A stretch of 64,000 nt of DNA from Patescibacteria group bacterium (lineage in GTDB: Bacteria > Patescibacteriota > Microgenomatia > UBA8517). Below the pieces are notes generated by a model. It was not told the origin of the DNA. It did no database searches and saw only the letters and a program-made list of their open reading frames with translations. This document shows positions 63,065 through 64,000 of the stretch, one piece after another; positions within the stretch are counted from its first letter, which is position 1; the number at the start of each line of letters is the position of its first letter. The stretch lies in NCBI GenBank assembly GCA_035291665.1, contig DATDRP010000003.1:20549-84548 (forward strand), in the 5' to 3' direction. The position numbers and the translations under genes were made by a program.

Positions 63065-63841
63065 TTATACTTTCTCTGCTATTACCAGTAGTCTTCTCCA
63101 TGATGTCCCCGGAGGATCGCAGGTTTGCATAACGAGTATCTCTTTTCCGAAATCTTTGAATATATACGACGTATCCCCGGCTTCAACAATTGTTACTTCG
63201 GTAACTTTATATAAAAAGCGTTCCTGCCTGAAAAAAACGATTATTTCATCGTCAATATCCAGCTTTTTAAGATCATAAAAAACAGCATTGTATTTTTGAA
63301 TTTCGGATGCTGTTCCGGTCGAATGGGAAAAGAGGTAAATATTTTTTCCATATCCGGGAAAATAAGTTCCCTTGGTATGAGCTATACCTTCTTTCAACGC
63401 TTCAAGATATTCTGTTTCGTTATTTGGATCAACGTTTTCAATGACATTAGAAAATGCTGAAATTTTCGGTATGGCAACCGAGAATTCTGTACCGATTCCG
63501 TAACTCTCAGCTTCTCTGACAATCGCCTCGATATTTTCTTTTTTTGGGGTAGGAGCAATAACATATTTATACGGATCCATTTCAGGTGCTTTACGATTTG
63601 TACCGTTCTTTAATAATGGAAATAAAATTACAATCGTCAACCCCAACGCCAAAAATGTTATAAAAGTCCCGGTGTTTTTCAGCAACCTATAAGAATAGAT
63701 ATGGGGTTTTGAGTATTTATTTTCCAATTTTTGCCGGTACAATATTTCTTTGTCTTTTTTGGATAAAAATGTACCGCTTCTTTTTGCTTCCCTCTCCTTC
63801 CACACTTTTGCAAAGTCTTTTGTATCCCGCATATAATTCAA
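63065..63841 (-). CDS. Sortase family transpeptidase
   Basis: N-terminal TM (FITFLALGLTIVILFPLL). 'IAHTKGT' (His), 'VMQTCDPPGTSWRRLLVIAE' (TLxTC active-site Cys followed by conserved Arg). Confidence 0.6.
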   Translation of the reverse strand: MNYMRDTKDFAKVWKEREAKRSGTFLSKKDKEILYRQKLENKYSKPHIYSYRLLKNTGTFITFLALGLTIVILFPLLKNGTNRKAPEMDPYKYVIAPTPKKENIEAIVREAESYGIGTEFSVAIPKISAFSNVIENVDPNNETEYLEALKEGIAHTKGTYFPGYGKNIYLFSHSTGTASEIQKYNAVFYDLKKLDIDDEIIVFFRQERFLYKVTEVTIVEAGDTSYIFKDFGKEILVMQTCDPPGTSWRRLLVIAEKV

Positions 63842-63884
63842 TAATACACTTTTAAAAAGATGGAATTTGTAAGACGAAATTTTT

Positions 63885-64000
63885 CACCACCCTCATCCCA
63901 TTTCCCATCTCTTACCACTTACTTCTCACAACCTGTCTCCAAAATCCAAAACCAAATCCCAAATTCCAATTTCATCTCCCTTTTCTCTATTCTCTTAGTT
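63885..64000. repeat. Repeat island H (reverse orientation, G-depleted on + strand)
   Basis: 'caccaccctcatcccatttcccatctcttaccacttacttctcacaacctgtctccaaaatccaaaaccaaatcccaaattccaatttcatctccc' is the reverse complement of GT-rich and GGAAATTGG-type modules. Continues beyond the window edge. Confidence 0.6.

Overview
This 64-kb chromosomal segment is AT-rich and probably comes from an uncultivated monoderm-type, possibly CPR/Patescibacteria-like, bacterium. That placement is inference only, based on gene content: sortase, LytR_C, LysM-M23, Rho, TatA/B/C, many giant S/T-rich surface proteins and small 'four-helix-bundle' genes.

Coding content, in order:
- (1-10.9 kb) Giant secreted proteins: a 1647-aa beta-helix repeat protein carrying an 801-bp internal tandem duplication, and a 1590-aa multi-LamG (lectin-fold) protein. 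A 119-aa four-helix-bundle (Avd / 23S-rRNA-IVS family) gene sits between them.
- (11-18.7 kb) Envelope genes: Wzy_C-like polytopic protein with TPR, two SH3b membrane anchors, a LytR_C protein.
- (18.9-31.5 kb) A dense two-component island: three sensor histidine kinases, five stand-alone REC proteins, a kinase-less Cache-like membrane sensor, a methyltransferase-like gene and a GxxExxY gene.
- (31.5-37.6 kb) An FN3-rich surface protein ending in a thioredoxin-like fold without CxxC, a TPR + GT41 (OGT-like) glycosyltransferase, and a secreted beta-helix protein.
- (37.7-48.9 kb) Three paralogous 812-962-aa S/T/G-rich proteins without signal peptides, a second four-helix-bundle gene, and a tailspike-like beta-helix protein.
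- (49-52 kb, plus 56.5 kb) A Tat island with five tatA/tatB-like genes and tatC, plus a RAYT/IS200-like Y1 transposase homologue with a degenerate HuH motif. All of it is embedded in C-depleted composite repeat islands.
- (52-64 kb) CPBP-like membrane protein, GNAT, large SH3b membrane protein, pseudo-Fic protein, membrane-anchored MerR-like regulator, tRNA-Ala(CGC), LysM-M23 peptidase, rho, sortase.

Non-coding highlights:
- Two copies (opposite orientation, 38 kb apart) of a ~110-nt structured element with compensatory hairpin substitutions and an intrinsic terminator.
- A pervasive multi-module interspersed repeat family: GT-rich C-free modules, 'AATTCGTGA' arrays, and a 33-nt motif placed immediately 3' of stop codons.
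- Perfect 25-bp inverted repeats bracketing 8.1 kb.
- Short inverted repeats flanking both four-helix-bundle genes.

No CRISPR array, reverse transcriptase, integrase or phage structural core was recognised.
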